DNA from: an uncultured Granulosicoccaceae bacterium
GTDB lineage: Bacteria > Pseudomonadota > Gammaproteobacteria > Granulosicoccales > Granulosicoccaceae
Direction of reading: 5' to 3'
DNA: 64,000 nucleotides
Assembly (NCBI GenBank): GCA_938028465.1
Contig: CALJAA010000006.1
Coordinates: 14,722 to 78,721, forward strand
The translations under genes were made by a program, and so were the position numbers. Positions 28,271-38,853 of this stretch are shown here, piece after piece. Each line of letters begins with the position of its first letter. Within the stretch, counting starts at the first letter, position 1. The notes below the pieces were generated by a model, which saw nothing but the letters and a program-made list of their open reading frames with translations, searched no databases and was not told where the DNA came from.

Positions 28271-29023
28271 GTGTCAACATCAGTCTTGGGAGTTATTCCC
28301 GCAGCAGGTAGTGGAATCCGGGCACGTCCCTATACCTACGAGGTTCACAAGGGTATGTTCGTCATCGACGGCAAACCCAATATCGAACGTCACGTCGACC
28401 TAATGCGAGATGAAATGCGCATTGAAGAGATTGTGATTGTCCTTGGCTACATGGGAGACGCGATAAGGGAGTACTTTGGCGACGGATCAGATTTCGGAGT
28501 TCGCATTCAGTACGTTGATAATCAGCATTTAGACAAAGGGTGGGCTTGGTCGGTGCTACTAGCAAAACCGTTCCTAGCTGGCCGTAAAGCATTTGTCATG
28601 CTTGCTGATGAGTTCTACCTTAATTCGAACCTCGGCGATATCGCCGATTTTGCTACCGACAAATTCAGTGTTGTCTGTCCGGTTAAGTCAGTCACTGATT
28701 CCAGCTTGATTAAGAAAAATTTCTCCGTTGAACGCGATGGTCAACGGGTCATACGACTAGTTGAGAACCCAGTTGCATTGCCAAACGATCTATTGGGTAT
28801 GGCAACTTTTATGATTCATTCATCTATTATGGAAGAACTCGAAGCTGCATTTGAAGGTGGCAGAACCAATCTTGATTTCGTTACCTTCGTGGACGATCTG
28901 ATTCGTTCTGGTAAAAGTGTAGGCGCATTTGACATGGTGGGTGACTATATCAACCTTAACGATGTTGCAAGCTTAGAGGCTGCACAAGACGTTGCAATAA
29001 GAAGTCGTCTAGAAAAAGAATAG
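28271..29023 (+). CDS. Sugar-phosphate nucleotidyltransferase (NTP_transferase family)
   Basis: GVIPAAGSGIR...K motif, YFGDGSDFGVRIQY, LVENP; AGGAG RBS. Confidence 0.88.
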   Translation: MSTSVLGVIPAAGSGIRARPYTYEVHKGMFVIDGKPNIERHVDLMRDEMRIEEIVIVLGYMGDAIREYFGDGSDFGVRIQYVDNQHLDKGWAWSVLLAKPFLAGRKAFVMLADEFYLNSNLGDIADFATDKFSVVCPVKSVTDSSLIKKNFSVERDGQRVIRLVENPVALPNDLLGMATFMIHSSIMEELEAAFEGGRTNLDFVTFVDDLIRSGKSVGAFDMVGDYINLNDVASLEAAQDVAIRSRLEKE

Positions 29024-29294
29024 GAATAACATCCCGCCATCCTATTAATCACCTGTGACAATTTTGCAGGCTCCAAATTTAATTGCCCGCTGAAACAGGC
29101 TTGTGGTGTGTAGTTTTTAGAAACTCGTGGATTTGATATTATCGAACTCATACCATTAGATTTGTTGCAAAATGCGCTGTTTCTAAGACGCGGAAATAGA
29201 CTGTCGCCAAATTGACAAACCTGTTGTTTACTAGTCGAATGCGAAGGTGCTCAATCGGTAAATGAATAATTTAAGGAAATAGGATCGTTGTGAG

Positions 29295-30032
29295 ATGGGA
29301 ATAAAGAGAAAATTAAAAAACCTTGTGGAAGATATCACAGGTTGGCACATATTCCGTTTTCCCCCGTTTGGAGTCAGTATCAAAGACGATATTGCTCACA
29401 GGTTCCCAGAGTATCGCTTCGATGTAATCTTTGACGTTGGTGCGAACGTAGGGCAGTCGGCGCTAAAATATGTGTCGAATTATCCCTCGTCTGCAATCTA
29501 TTGTTTCGAGCCTATTACCGCGACCTATGAACAACTTAAGCTTAAGGTAGAGAGTAAGAGTCAGGTCCAGTGCTTAAATTTAGCGCTTAGTGATAGCGAC
29601 GGTCAAGCCACCATGACTTCCGAAGGTGTATCAACAATGAACAGCTTGGTGCAGGAAGGAATTGATTCTGAAACGGCAAATACAGAAACCGTTAAGCTTT
29701 CAACATTGGATCAATTTTGCAAAGAAAATAATATCGAAACGATAAGTTACTTAAAAATTGATACTGAGGGTGGCGATTTAAATGTATTAAAAGGTTCTAA
29801 GGGTATTCTAAATCTGCATGGCGTTGATTTTGTAGAAGTAGAAGCTGGAATGAATCCTACCAACACACATCACGTTCCATTTGAAAGTTTAAAAAGCTTA
29901 CTAGAAAGTCATGGATATTTTATTTTTGGTATTTACGAGCAGATGCATGAGTGGATCGAGAAAAAACCTCATCTGCGTCGTTCGAATGTCATATTTATCT
30001 CTGAAAAAATGATCCGCAATTATAGTGCTTAA
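29295..30032 (+). CDS. FkbM-family methyltransferase
   Basis: FDVGANVGQ, FEP, TLDQF, LKIDTEG. Confidence 0.92.
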   Translation: MGIKRKLKNLVEDITGWHIFRFPPFGVSIKDDIAHRFPEYRFDVIFDVGANVGQSALKYVSNYPSSAIYCFEPITATYEQLKLKVESKSQVQCLNLALSDSDGQATMTSEGVSTMNSLVQEGIDSETANTETVKLSTLDQFCKENNIETISYLKIDTEGGDLNVLKGSKGILNLHGVDFVEVEAGMNPTNTHHVPFESLKSLLESHGYFIFGIYEQMHEWIEKKPHLRRSNVIFISEKMIRNYSA

Positions 30033-30094
30033 GTGAATTGCCCCGAGAGTGTTGGGGTCCCTTAATCGTCTGAACGAACACGGCAAAACGGACT

Positions 30095-31297
30095 ATGGCA
30101 ATATCACAAGAAATTGGCGCACTTTTTCGTCATATTTTCTCAGCCAATCGACGCCATAAGGCAAAAATATTGGCCACTGAGTGGCTGCTAGGAATCAAAG
30201 GTTCGTTTGTTAGAAGCAACAAGGTGTTCGGGAAAGACTCAAGTGATGAACGACTGGACACTTGGCAATTCAAGGAAACCAGAGAAGTCGATGTTGAATT
30301 TTTCAAGTCAAACACGCCACCGTTGACTGAAAATCTTTTAACCGATGATGGGGTAGTCGAGGTTAAGCACGAATACCATATCCATCGATTACACGGAGCC
30401 ACTTCTTACACTAACGAATCCACGCATAGGTCAATTTTTAATAATCAGGGCAAGAGAGTTCAATCGATTTCATCGACTCGCAAGGGTGCGCATGCACCTT
30501 CAACCTTACGTCTACCTGTCTCGCGAACTGTTACGGGGGTCACCGCTAATTTATATGGAAATATGGCTGTTTCGGAAGGAAATTATTTCCATTGGTTAGT
30601 CGACGCGATGTCGCGGATTTTCATTCTAGAGCAATTCTATAATCTGGATCAAATCGATCAGGTGTTGGTTCCCCCTTTGAAGTACGATTTTCATTGGGAT
30701 GGCCTTGCAGCATTAGGGTTTGATCGGGATCGTATCGTTGAGCTCACTGCGCTGGAATGCATAGAGTTTGAATGTTTACTTGCGTCGACGCCTCCTCGCG
30801 GTAGTAGTTCTGTTTTGGTTCCGGGTTGGATTATTGATGGCTACGAAAAAACGCTTAAGCGTACGGCCAAAACAATGAACTCTATTGCAGGTAAGCGTGT
30901 ATACGTTTCCCGGCGCGACGCCCCCACTCGTATGTTCTCCAACGAAGAAGAAGTGTGTGAATTCCTCGAGGGCCGTGGGTTTGATATTGTTGAAATGTCT
31001 CCGCTGGATTTACCGAATAAAATCGCAGTCTTCAGAGACGCTGATGTGATCATTAGTCAGACCGGGGCTGGATTAACTAATTTAATGTTCTGCCACGAAA
31101 ACCCCACCGTGATAGAACTAGTTGATGAGCGATTCGTCTATTTACCTTATGCATCATTAGCCTGGTTCAAAAAGGCAAACTACCACGCACATTTTTTTTC
31201 CAACGAAAGTGTTCTTGGCAAAGCGAACGCAATGGTGTCTAAATCACATTTGGATATCAAAGAGCTGGAAAAAACACTGGTAAAGATGGGTGTTTAA
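30095..31297 (+). CDS. Glycosyltransferase family 61 (DUF563) protein
   Basis: NYFHWLVD, YVSR...R..NEEEV, GAGLTNLMF. Confidence 0.88.
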   Translation: MAISQEIGALFRHIFSANRRHKAKILATEWLLGIKGSFVRSNKVFGKDSSDERLDTWQFKETREVDVEFFKSNTPPLTENLLTDDGVVEVKHEYHIHRLHGATSYTNESTHRSIFNNQGKRVQSISSTRKGAHAPSTLRLPVSRTVTGVTANLYGNMAVSEGNYFHWLVDAMSRIFILEQFYNLDQIDQVLVPPLKYDFHWDGLAALGFDRDRIVELTALECIEFECLLASTPPRGSSSVLVPGWIIDGYEKTLKRTAKTMNSIAGKRVYVSRRDAPTRMFSNEEEVCEFLEGRGFDIVEMSPLDLPNKIAVFRDADVIISQTGAGLTNLMFCHENPTVIELVDERFVYLPYASLAWFKKANYHAHFFSNESVLGKANAMVSKSHLDIKELEKTLVKMGV

Positions 31298-31328
31298 AAG
31301 CTAATTGAATACGCACCTATTTATTTCA

Positions 31329-32702
31329 CTAAAAACGAATTCTCTTTCTTCTGCTTCTACGTTTTTTCTTTTTATAATGGTGTGATCGTGTAGAGGTAGC
31401 AATCAGATCCTTAGATTGATAGTACTGAGCGGCCAATGCACGAAACTTCTTATCCGAAACAACCGTATAGTTTATAGCTACAGTTAGGCCAATAAATATA
31501 TGTGCGTATGGGAAGGCAAATGAGCGGCTGAATGCTGTCTCGAGAAAAATGAAAATACTAACTAAAAAATATAGCGCAAATACCTTACGGTGGCGATTTT
31601 GGCGATTATTCCATAGGGCGGTGTAGCAGCGTACAGCAAATGCAGTAACTATGATAAATGCAAGAATTCCAAACTGGCGCCAGTATGAGAACGCGTTGTG
31701 TATATAGGTTCGCCAAGCCGTTTTGACGCCTGGCGGCCCTGACGTAAGCTGCCCACCAAAATTTCCCATAATGACGTTGTCTGAAATGTCAGTCCAGCCA
31801 TACTCTGCGAATCTTTGGCGCCCTTCAATCGAATTATCATTATCAGGGTCTATCAGTACACCGAACATTCGCGGATTACGCTCTGCAAGTTCGTTGATGT
31901 CAATAGTACTTAACCCGATGCCCACTGCCAGAATACAGATGGTTGAGGCTAAGAGAATTGTTGGTTTAAATGATACGACGAAATAAAGGCCTACGGCTGC
32001 GGCGAATACCGCAACTGAAGTACGGCTACCAATAAAAAATATGATGACTGCGAAAAATATTGCAAATATGACTTTTGTCTTAGTCTTTTGTAAGAATGCA
32101 ATGCAAATTAGTGCAATGATGGAGGTCGCATCGCCAATAAAAAGGTAGTTACCTTCGTACTTTTTATCAATATAGTTCTTTTTATCAAGCCCCAGGGTTT
32201 CGAAATCGAGATGGGTAATTACCATAAACGATAAAAAGAAGAGGGCAAATAGCAGGAGTAAGCGGAAATTAAAGAGTCGGGGCAAATAGAAACCAATCAG
32301 AAAAAATAAACCGAATTTAAACAAGATGGGCAGGTGATACGCGAGTGCGGAAACCAACTCAGTGTCTGATGCATTCTCAGGCCCGTACATCTCGCGGTTT
32401 GCCCAAACGATTGCGAGCATATAGGAAAAAAAGAATACATATAACAGAAAAAATTTATTCCTAAATACGTACCGATGATTTACCAAGAGGTTCAGCGCCG
32501 CAACTGCGATCACAACTACTGCAAAATTAACGCGATAAGCGTAAAAATTATCGCTGTTAAACATGCCGAAGGATGCGGCTATTTCGGCGATCGCGGTCGC
32601 AGGAAGTTCGTAGACCAAAGCGCAGAAGATTAAAATAATACAGAGTGTGTCTATAGCTCTAAAGCTCAGCACCCTGCGTGCAAAAAATATTAGTTTAGAC
32701 AC
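31329..32702 (-). CDS. Wzy polymerase / O-antigen-ligase-like membrane protein
   Basis: About 12 TM helices, GSRT, periplasmic loop with GR and YIHN; basic C-terminal tail. Confidence 0.78.
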   Translation of the reverse strand: MSKLIFFARRVLSFRAIDTLCIILIFCALVYELPATAIAEIAASFGMFNSDNFYAYRVNFAVVVIAVAALNLLVNHRYVFRNKFFLLYVFFFSYMLAIVWANREMYGPENASDTELVSALAYHLPILFKFGLFFLIGFYLPRLFNFRLLLLFALFFLSFMVITHLDFETLGLDKKNYIDKKYEGNYLFIGDATSIIALICIAFLQKTKTKVIFAIFFAVIIFFIGSRTSVAVFAAAVGLYFVVSFKPTILLASTICILAVGIGLSTIDINELAERNPRMFGVLIDPDNDNSIEGRQRFAEYGWTDISDNVIMGNFGGQLTSGPPGVKTAWRTYIHNAFSYWRQFGILAFIIVTAFAVRCYTALWNNRQNRHRKVFALYFLVSIFIFLETAFSRSFAFPYAHIFIGLTVAINYTVVSDKKFRALAAQYYQSKDLIATSTRSHHYKKKKRRSRRKRIRF

Positions 32703-33262
32703 AATCAGTAACGAATATTAGTAGTGAGTATTAGTAATGAAAAATCCGGCGGTAGCGTTAGAAAAGCTGGCGCTGGTTCCTGGGTAGTCTTCTTGGCGTA
32801 ATCCGTTGTTGTACAGCACTTATGCTCATAGACGATTGTACAACGCCTATGAACACATATTCATGATTCCTTCATTGATTGCGTTCGAAACGGGCTTGAG
32901 TGAGGTGATTAAGCCTATTGAGGCTCCATTCCGTACTACTTTTAAAAGCCAGAGCAGTTGGAGTAAACACCAGTATTCAGGGAAGGATCCTGAGTTTTTC
33001 AAGCACAGCCTTGTTGAAACCTATAAGTATCTTGTCAATCCAGCTCCACTGATCGTTCACGAGCTCCATAAAGATCAACAGTGAATTACATCACAGTATG
33101 GCGAGGGTTCACGTCAATTTATTTTAATAAAACGGGTGATTGCGCGGAAAAACCAGTTATTAATCAGTGCTGTAACGGCTTGTAACTTAATTAAAAATCA
33201 ATTTATCCGATACGGGGGTGTACTGGCTGTAGGCCAATTTTGCAGTTAACTGTTTAGAAAAA

Positions 33263-35221
33263 ATGATAAAGATTTCGACATTGAAGCAGTCCGCACTAGC
33301 GGTTTTGATCAGTTTGGCTCTAACCGCGTGTGGTGGTGGCGGAGCGTCAAATGATCCGATATCTCTAGAAAATGAGGAGACTGGCTTGGAGCTTAGCGCA
33401 GCCGTTTCCACACCGACTGCCTATACGGACGATTCAGTAATAGTCTCTACTTCTGCCAGCCTGACGAATACGTTGCAAGTCACCTCTACTGAGCAAACTG
33501 AGGCGATTTCAGTGCCAGAGATAAAGCCAGATCCAGAAACTATCCCTGAGCCAGTAGCGGAGCCAGAGCCTCAACCTATCCCCGAGCCAGTAGCGGAGCC
33601 AGAGCCTCAATCTATCCCTGAGCCAGTAGCGGAGCCAGAGCCTCAATCTATCCCTGAGCCAGTAGCGGAGCCAGAGCCTCAATCTATCCCTGAGCCAGTA
33701 GCAGAGCCAGAGCCTCAATCTATCCCTGAGCCAGTAGCAGAGCCAGAACCTGAAGCAAAGCCAGCGCTAGTAGCGGAGGCAGAAACAAAACCTGAGCTAG
33801 AGCCAGTTCAATCTGAGTATTCTTCCATTATTCTCGGTGCCCAGCCCGGTGATGCACAGTGTATCGACCTGAATGGTGTGGAGAGAGAGTTTGGGGAGCT
33901 TACACGCGATGATTGGAAGAGTTGGGTTCCCGATCTCAGGTACACGCTGAGCGAAGAGAATTTGTCTGTCGAGCAAGCGGATGGTAACACTTACGTTTTA
34001 CGCCAGCAGTTTGTACCTACTGATAACGGTAGCGATCGAGTGCTTATGGCTTCAAACCTTAAGCAGCACCGAACTTATCGAGTAATGACTTCCGTGTTTT
34101 TGGAGCCAGGTTGGGACTGGGGAGGAGAAGTTAGCCAAGGAGGCAAGATCGCTTTTGGTGTAGGTGGTGGTTCAGTGCCTAGTGGAGGCACAGTAGATCC
34201 CTCTGGATTCACTGCACGACTAATGTGGCGAGGCGCGCAAGATGGTAGTGCAAAAATGGGGATCTACTCTTACGCAGCTGATCGCCCTAAAAAGTATGGC
34301 GAAGATAATTTGTTTAAAGATGATGCGCGTATCGGTGAGTGGATGGACATTATCTATGAAATCAAACTGAACTCCTCCGTTAATACCTCCGATGGCTCTA
34401 TGCGAGCTTGGGTCGACGGAGAACTCGTTCTTGATCGACAGAACGTGGGGTGGCAGCTAGATGGGAATTCGCCCGTGATAGATACGCTATATTATTCAAG
34501 TTTCTATGGTGGAAGCACAAATGCTTGGTCGCCTGATCGCACAACCCATGCGAAGTTTAAAAATATATGTTGGGCGCCTGTGGTTGACGGTTATTCTGGT
34601 ATCGATCCTGACAATGGCCGCATTTTGGTTGATAGCACGGTTAACCCACAACCTATTTTTGCTGATGACCCGTTTAATGGGCAAACTCCGCCAACATGGT
34701 ACCTTGAACGCGAAGAGATACTCGTCCAAGTGGAAACATCACGCGAGTTGGTGCAGCAGGTTTCACCGCTTGCATCACTAGTTGCTCAATTTTATTTTGA
34801 TGAGTCGGTTCATAAGCTCTACGAGATACTCAATATTTTTAAGAATATTCATAGCGCCAGTATTTCTCATAATCCGTTACCGGCCTTACACGAAGTTTTA
34901 ACGAATCTTGATTCTGCAAAAGCCTTAAGCACGACATCGCCGAGCCAAATTCGCAAAATCGAAGTGATAGAAGAGTTATTACAAGCTTCGATGGTCAATT
35001 CTGCTGAATTAGCTGTGGCCGTAGCTCATTCGGTGCGATCGCAGCTTGGATGCGACGAGTTAATGGACGAACGCTGTATCGAGGGTGATCTGCAGATTGC
35101 AGAGGCTGAATCCTATCGTGACCAAATGCAAGGGGTGGATAATGCCACCTTGTTTGTACTGGCTGAGCTCGCTTGGAATACTAGCGTAAACGCGGTTAAC
35201 ACGCTTCAAAATGGTCGGTAG
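33263..35221 (+). CDS. Lipoprotein with Pro/Glu linker and polysaccharide lyase family 14-like domain
   Basis: Lipobox LTAC; WDWG...[20 protein letters not shown]. Confidence 0.78.
   Translation: MIKISTLKQSALAVLISLALTACGGGGASNDPISLENEETGLELSAAVSTPTAYTDDSVIVSTSASLTNTLQVTSTEQTEAISVPEIKPDPETIPEPVAEPEPQPIPEPVAEPEPQSIPEPVAEPEPQSIPEPVAEPEPQSIPEPVAEPEPQSIPEPVAEPEPEAKPALVAEAETKPELEPVQSEYSSIILGAQPGDAQCIDLNGVEREFGELTRDDWKSWVPDLRYTLSEENLSVEQADGNTYVLRQQFVPTDNGSDRVLMASNLKQHRTYRVMTSVFLEPGWDWGGEVSQGGKIAFGVGGGSVPSGGTVDPSGFTARLMWRGAQDGSAKMGIYSYAADRPKKYGEDNLFKDDARIGEWMDIIYEIKLNSSVNTSDGSMRAWVDGELVLDRQNVGWQLDGNSPVIDTLYYSSFYGGSTNAWSPDRTTHAKFKNICWAPVVDGYSGIDPDNGRILVDSTVNPQPIFADDPFNGQTPPTWYLEREEILVQVETSRELVQQVSPLASLVAQFYFDESVHKLYEILNIFKNIHSASISHNPLPALHEVLTNLDSAKALSTTSPSQIRKIEVIEELLQASMVNSAELAVAVAHSVRSQLGCDELMDERCIEGDLQIAEAESYRDQMQGVDNATLFVLAELAWNTSVNAVNTLQNGR
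33541..33750 (+). repeat. Coding tandem repeat, about 6 x 36 bp ([12 protein letters not shown])
   Basis: Units start at 33541, 33577, 33613, 33649, 33685 and 33721. Confidence 0.92.
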
Positions 35222-35243
35222 CCCTTAAGTGCTGAGTAGTGCG

Positions 35244-36122
35244 TCAGTCGTATAGGCAGGTGTTTGCAAATTGCGCATAGACAACTTCACTAGGCGACCA
35301 TGCGGTTGAATTACCACCATGGAACGACGAGAAGATAAGCCGGTCGATGACTGGCTTATCTCCAGCCGTTTGCCACTGAATGTTCTCACGCTCCAATAAA
35401 AGCTCATCGTTAAGGTGCACCGAAATTACGCCGTCAGCCAACTCATGTTCAGAATTTACTGTGAGTCTCAACTTAACGTCGAACCATTCGCCAATGGGTA
35501 TGACAAAATTAGGAATTTTTATTTCGTCGCCATAGGGTAGGTTCATAGTTCGATCGGCGGAATATAGATACAAGGTTGCGTCTGCTGTGGTGTTGTCTTC
35601 TCGACCACGCCATGCGAGCCTAGCAGTGAATCCGTCTTCGTCTGTCGTGCCGCCCGTTGGTGCAGAACCGCCACCAAAGCCAAAGCCGAACTTACCGCTT
35701 TGTACTTCGCCACCCCAATCGAATCCTTCTTCAAAGAAGATACTTTGCTTCAATTCGTATGTGGTTCTAGCTTCTACTCGAATATTAGCAACGACTCGCT
35801 CACTGCCTTCATCCGATGGGATGAAGCGCTGCCTGAGTGAGTTTCGTTCGGTCGTGGTTACTACAGACAGGTTTTGCGGGTTCACAACGTAACGTAATGA
35901 ACTATTCCAAGCTTGGAGTTTATCCAAGTCAACCGTATCAAATTCACTCGGTTCATTAGGGACAAACACGCACATGTATTGGTCGCTGAATCCTGCTTGG
36001 TTTGCGAGTCTTTGAAAAAGTGCGCGTACAGAAGGTGTTTTGGAATAGACGACAGCAAAAACTAACCCAACGATCATAAAAACTGCGAGTGTAATTGTTG
36101 TGTATTTAGTTTTGCGTTTCAT
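35244..36122 (-). CDS. PL14-like polysaccharide lyase with N-terminal TM anchor
   Basis: FDWG...SGKFGFG, FTARLAWR, YLY, SSFHGG. Confidence 0.78.
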   Translation of the reverse strand: MKRKTKYTTITLAVFMIVGLVFAVVYSKTPSVRALFQRLANQAGFSDQYMCVFVPNEPSEFDTVDLDKLQAWNSSLRYVVNPQNLSVVTTTERNSLRQRFIPSDEGSERVVANIRVEARTTYELKQSIFFEEGFDWGGEVQSGKFGFGFGGGSAPTGGTTDEDGFTARLAWRGREDNTTADATLYLYSADRTMNLPYGDEIKIPNFVIPIGEWFDVKLRLTVNSEHELADGVISVHLNDELLLERENIQWQTAGDKPVIDRLIFSSFHGGNSTAWSPSEVVYAQFANTCLYD

Positions 36123-36807
36123 TGATGTTGTTACAGCCTAGTATTTGTTGCGTGCTGGTTGTGATTCTAAAGTCTATGGCGGCAATTGTTAAGGTAAACG
36201 GAACAACTTGATACGTCGAAACGTACCACGAGGTGTGCTTTGTAAATTTGTTTAACTCTTCTTTCGACACCCATACAGGTGCTCGTCAATATAGTGTCGA
36301 GCATTGCGGCTTTATCGTGATTACAGGTGCCTCTTTTAAGCCAAGTCAGTTCGACTTGGTAACTTTACCTAGTCGGGCACTGCCAGTTTATACAACGTAT
36401 CGACATATAGATGTGAAGTTTCGCAACATGATGAGAGGTAGGCAGCCAGTATCAAGTGGGTTAGGGACGATTGTGACGCTTGGTATTTCAGGCATATCAC
36501 CTTAACCATATTGGCCAGTTTGCCGAGCAATTGTTACCCAGTCGCAGCGGTTGGGCTAGCATGAGAGTTTGTTTTGTGTGCTGCAACAATAACCTTGAGG
36601 AAATGTAAAAGACATGCGCCACTTTATTCAATTGATGATGGGATATTTACCGTATCGGAGCCCCTCGTTTGGTGATGTGTCTCTCATTGGCCTGATATAA
36701 TCGGACGTGAAATCTTGTTTCTTTAGTTGCTATGGTATGTTAGCGAATGACGCTATTCCAAAATCCGAGTCTGCGGGCTATTTCCTGATTGGCATCTGCT
36801 GCCCCAA

Positions 36808-37758
36808 ATGGAGACACTATCCATGCGTGAATTTATGAATTCACCTGGATTAACTGTGGGGGTGATCACACATGATCGTTCTTCATTGTTTGGTAATTTA
36901 CTCGTGTATCTCAAGGTTGCAATTGCATACGTGCATGAGCAGGCAGACGGTGCCGGTATTGGGAAATGTACGGTATTGGTTGTTAATAATTCTGGCGCGC
37001 CGTCGCGCGATGTAGTTCAAAAAATAATTGATGAGTCAGGTATAGAGGACGTTTGCTCGGTAAACATAATTGATTCCCCAGAGAACAATATTGCAGTTGG
37101 ACGAAATCTAGTATTGGATAACGTGCAAAGCAGATGGCTGGTGTTTGTTGACGACGACGAATACCCAATTCCTGACTGGCTTTGCAAACTACACATGCAA
37201 CAACAGATTTCTGGAAGCGCGGTTGTTGCTGGCCCAATCGACCCCGTTTATCCTGAAGGAACGTCTAATTGGGTGGCTGCGGTTGACCTTCACAATAAAG
37301 GTAATCTGAAAACGGGTGACCGTCCACCTCGAGTAGCAACAGGAAACTGCTTGCTTGATATGGAGCAGATTGGTGAGCAACGCTTTGACTCAGAGTTTGG
37401 TTTAACTGGCGGGAGTGACGCACTCTTTTTTGAGCAGTTGGCTGATCGTGGTTTACATATTGTCTGGCGAGAGGATGCTATCGTCCATGAAACTATCCCA
37501 GCATCGAGAGCAAGTTCGAAGTACATGATGTTCCGTTGCATGACGCAAGGTCAAAATTTTAAAAGAGTGGTGCTTCGAAAAGCTGGATTTACACAAAAAT
37601 TGGTTTTCATGTTAAAAGCCATGCTCGTCGCACCAATCGGTCTGGTGGTTGGTATATTAGCGTTACCGTTGAATGTACAGGTATCAGCACTTTGGCTAAA
37701 GCGCGGCTTTACTAACCTTGGAAAGCTCATCAAACCATCCAAAAGGCTATACGGTTAA
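36808..37758 (+). CDS. Glycosyltransferase family 2 (ExoM-like)
   Basis: NIAVGRN, FVDDDE, ATGN, FGLTGGSD. Confidence 0.9.
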   Translation: METLSMREFMNSPGLTVGVITHDRSSLFGNLLVYLKVAIAYVHEQADGAGIGKCTVLVVNNSGAPSRDVVQKIIDESGIEDVCSVNIIDSPENNIAVGRNLVLDNVQSRWLVFVDDDEYPIPDWLCKLHMQQQISGSAVVAGPIDPVYPEGTSNWVAAVDLHNKGNLKTGDRPPRVATGNCLLDMEQIGEQRFDSEFGLTGGSDALFFEQLADRGLHIVWREDAIVHETIPASRASSKYMMFRCMTQGQNFKRVVLRKAGFTQKLVFMLKAMLVAPIGLVVGILALPLNVQVSALWLKRGFTNLGKLIKPSKRLYG

Positions 37759-37846
37759 TGGCTGCTTTTTTTATGATGCAGGTTAGCGGTACAAATAACC
37801 CCTTGCCTCTGTCTGCTGCATCAATTGTTTGGTCGCGTCACAAGCT

Positions 37847-38350
37847 ATGATTAGGAAACGTAAATCACCAGCTACGATCGTTTTTATTGCGGGTGAGGGC
37901 GGTCATATTGAACAAGCTCGTCGCATTCTCGCATCGTTTGATCCTGAAGTCAGATCTGCCTCTCATTGTATATTGATTACTGATACCGACATTCAGAACG
38001 CCGGCGCCTTTGATGACTGCTGGGTCGTTAAAACTTGTGCACCCAAGCATCGTTCATCAAGGCTTGGCGATTTTTTCATATATGCCAAGAGTTCGGCTCA
38101 CTGTTTCTGGCGAATGGCACGCCTACTCGACGTTCGTGTGGCGATAGTTACTGGCCCCGGATTTGCCCTGATTCCTGCGCTTGCGGCTAAGGTTTTGGGT
38201 GCGGAACTACTGGTGTTTGAAACCTGGTCCCGGTTTGAGCATCGAAGTAAGTGTGGCAACGTGCTCTACCGTTTTGCCAATCAGTTTTATGTTCAGCACG
38301 AAAAATTATTGAATCTCTACCCTAAGGCTACATGGGTGGGTTTGCTGTGA
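37847..38350 (+). CDS. PssD/Cps14F (Alg14-like) glycosyltransferase subunit
   Basis: GEGGH, VTGPG, FETWSR, FYVQH. Confidence 0.88.
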   Translation: MIRKRKSPATIVFIAGEGGHIEQARRILASFDPEVRSASHCILITDTDIQNAGAFDDCWVVKTCAPKHRSSRLGDFFIYAKSSAHCFWRMARLLDVRVAIVTGPGFALIPALAAKVLGAELLVFETWSRFEHRSKCGNVLYRFANQFYVQHEKLLNLYPKATWVGLL

Positions 38351-38814
38351 ATGTGTTTGTTACGGTGGGTACCACTTCGTTCGACCCCTTAGTTGACGCA
38401 ATTGATAACGGACCCTTTGCTGCCTCGGCGCTAATTCAGATTGCGGATGGAGACTATCAGCCAAAAAATGCGCGATGGTTTAACTTTGAGCCTGATATTC
38501 AAAAGCATATTGATTCTGCAGATGTGGTTGTTTGCCACGCAGGCGCTGGATCGATATTTAAATTGTTGGAAAAAGGCATCGTCCCGCTGGTAGTGCCGAA
38601 TACAGTGCGACGAGATAAACACCAACTTGAAATAGCGCGATGGCTCACAGAGAAAAACTATGCAGTCGTCGCGATGAGTGCTGCAGAGGTTAATCAAAAG
38701 TTATTTGATTATCCGGATGAAAAACTCAACTGCGTTGCGTTTAATGAAAAACGATTCTTCTATCAGAACGAACTCAATGAGCTGGTTCGTGGCCATATGG
38801 GAATAGGGAGTTAG
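38347..38814 (+). CDS. PssE/Cps14G (Alg13-like) glycosyltransferase subunit
   Basis: VFVTVGTTSFD, CHAGAGSI, VVPN...DKHQLEIA; GTGA overlap with upstream stop. Confidence 0.9.
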   Translation: MNVFVTVGTTSFDPLVDAIDNGPFAASALIQIADGDYQPKNARWFNFEPDIQKHIDSADVVVCHAGAGSIFKLLEKGIVPLVVPNTVRRDKHQLEIARWLTEKNYAVVAMSAAEVNQKLFDYPDEKLNCVAFNEKRFFYQNELNELVRGHMGIGS

Positions 38815-38853
38815 TTCCTTGGCAATAACCGACCTTACTAACAGTAACTCACT

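Noticed and set aside
32748-32759. ops-like GGCGGTAGCGTT
   Set aside because: Wrong strand for the adjacent wzy, about 500 bp from a monocistronic plus-strand gene, and no JUMPstart context
32806-33084. 92-aa ORF between wzy and the lyase lipoprotein
   Set aside because: TTG start, no RBS, no recognisable motif; probably a divergent promoter region
33541-33750. 36-bp repeats of CRISPR-repeat length
   Set aside because: Contiguous, spacer-less, and encode a Pro/Glu linker
36233-36505. 90-aa ORF in a 685-bp intergenic gap
   Set aside because: No RBS or family motif; no recognisable structured RNA either
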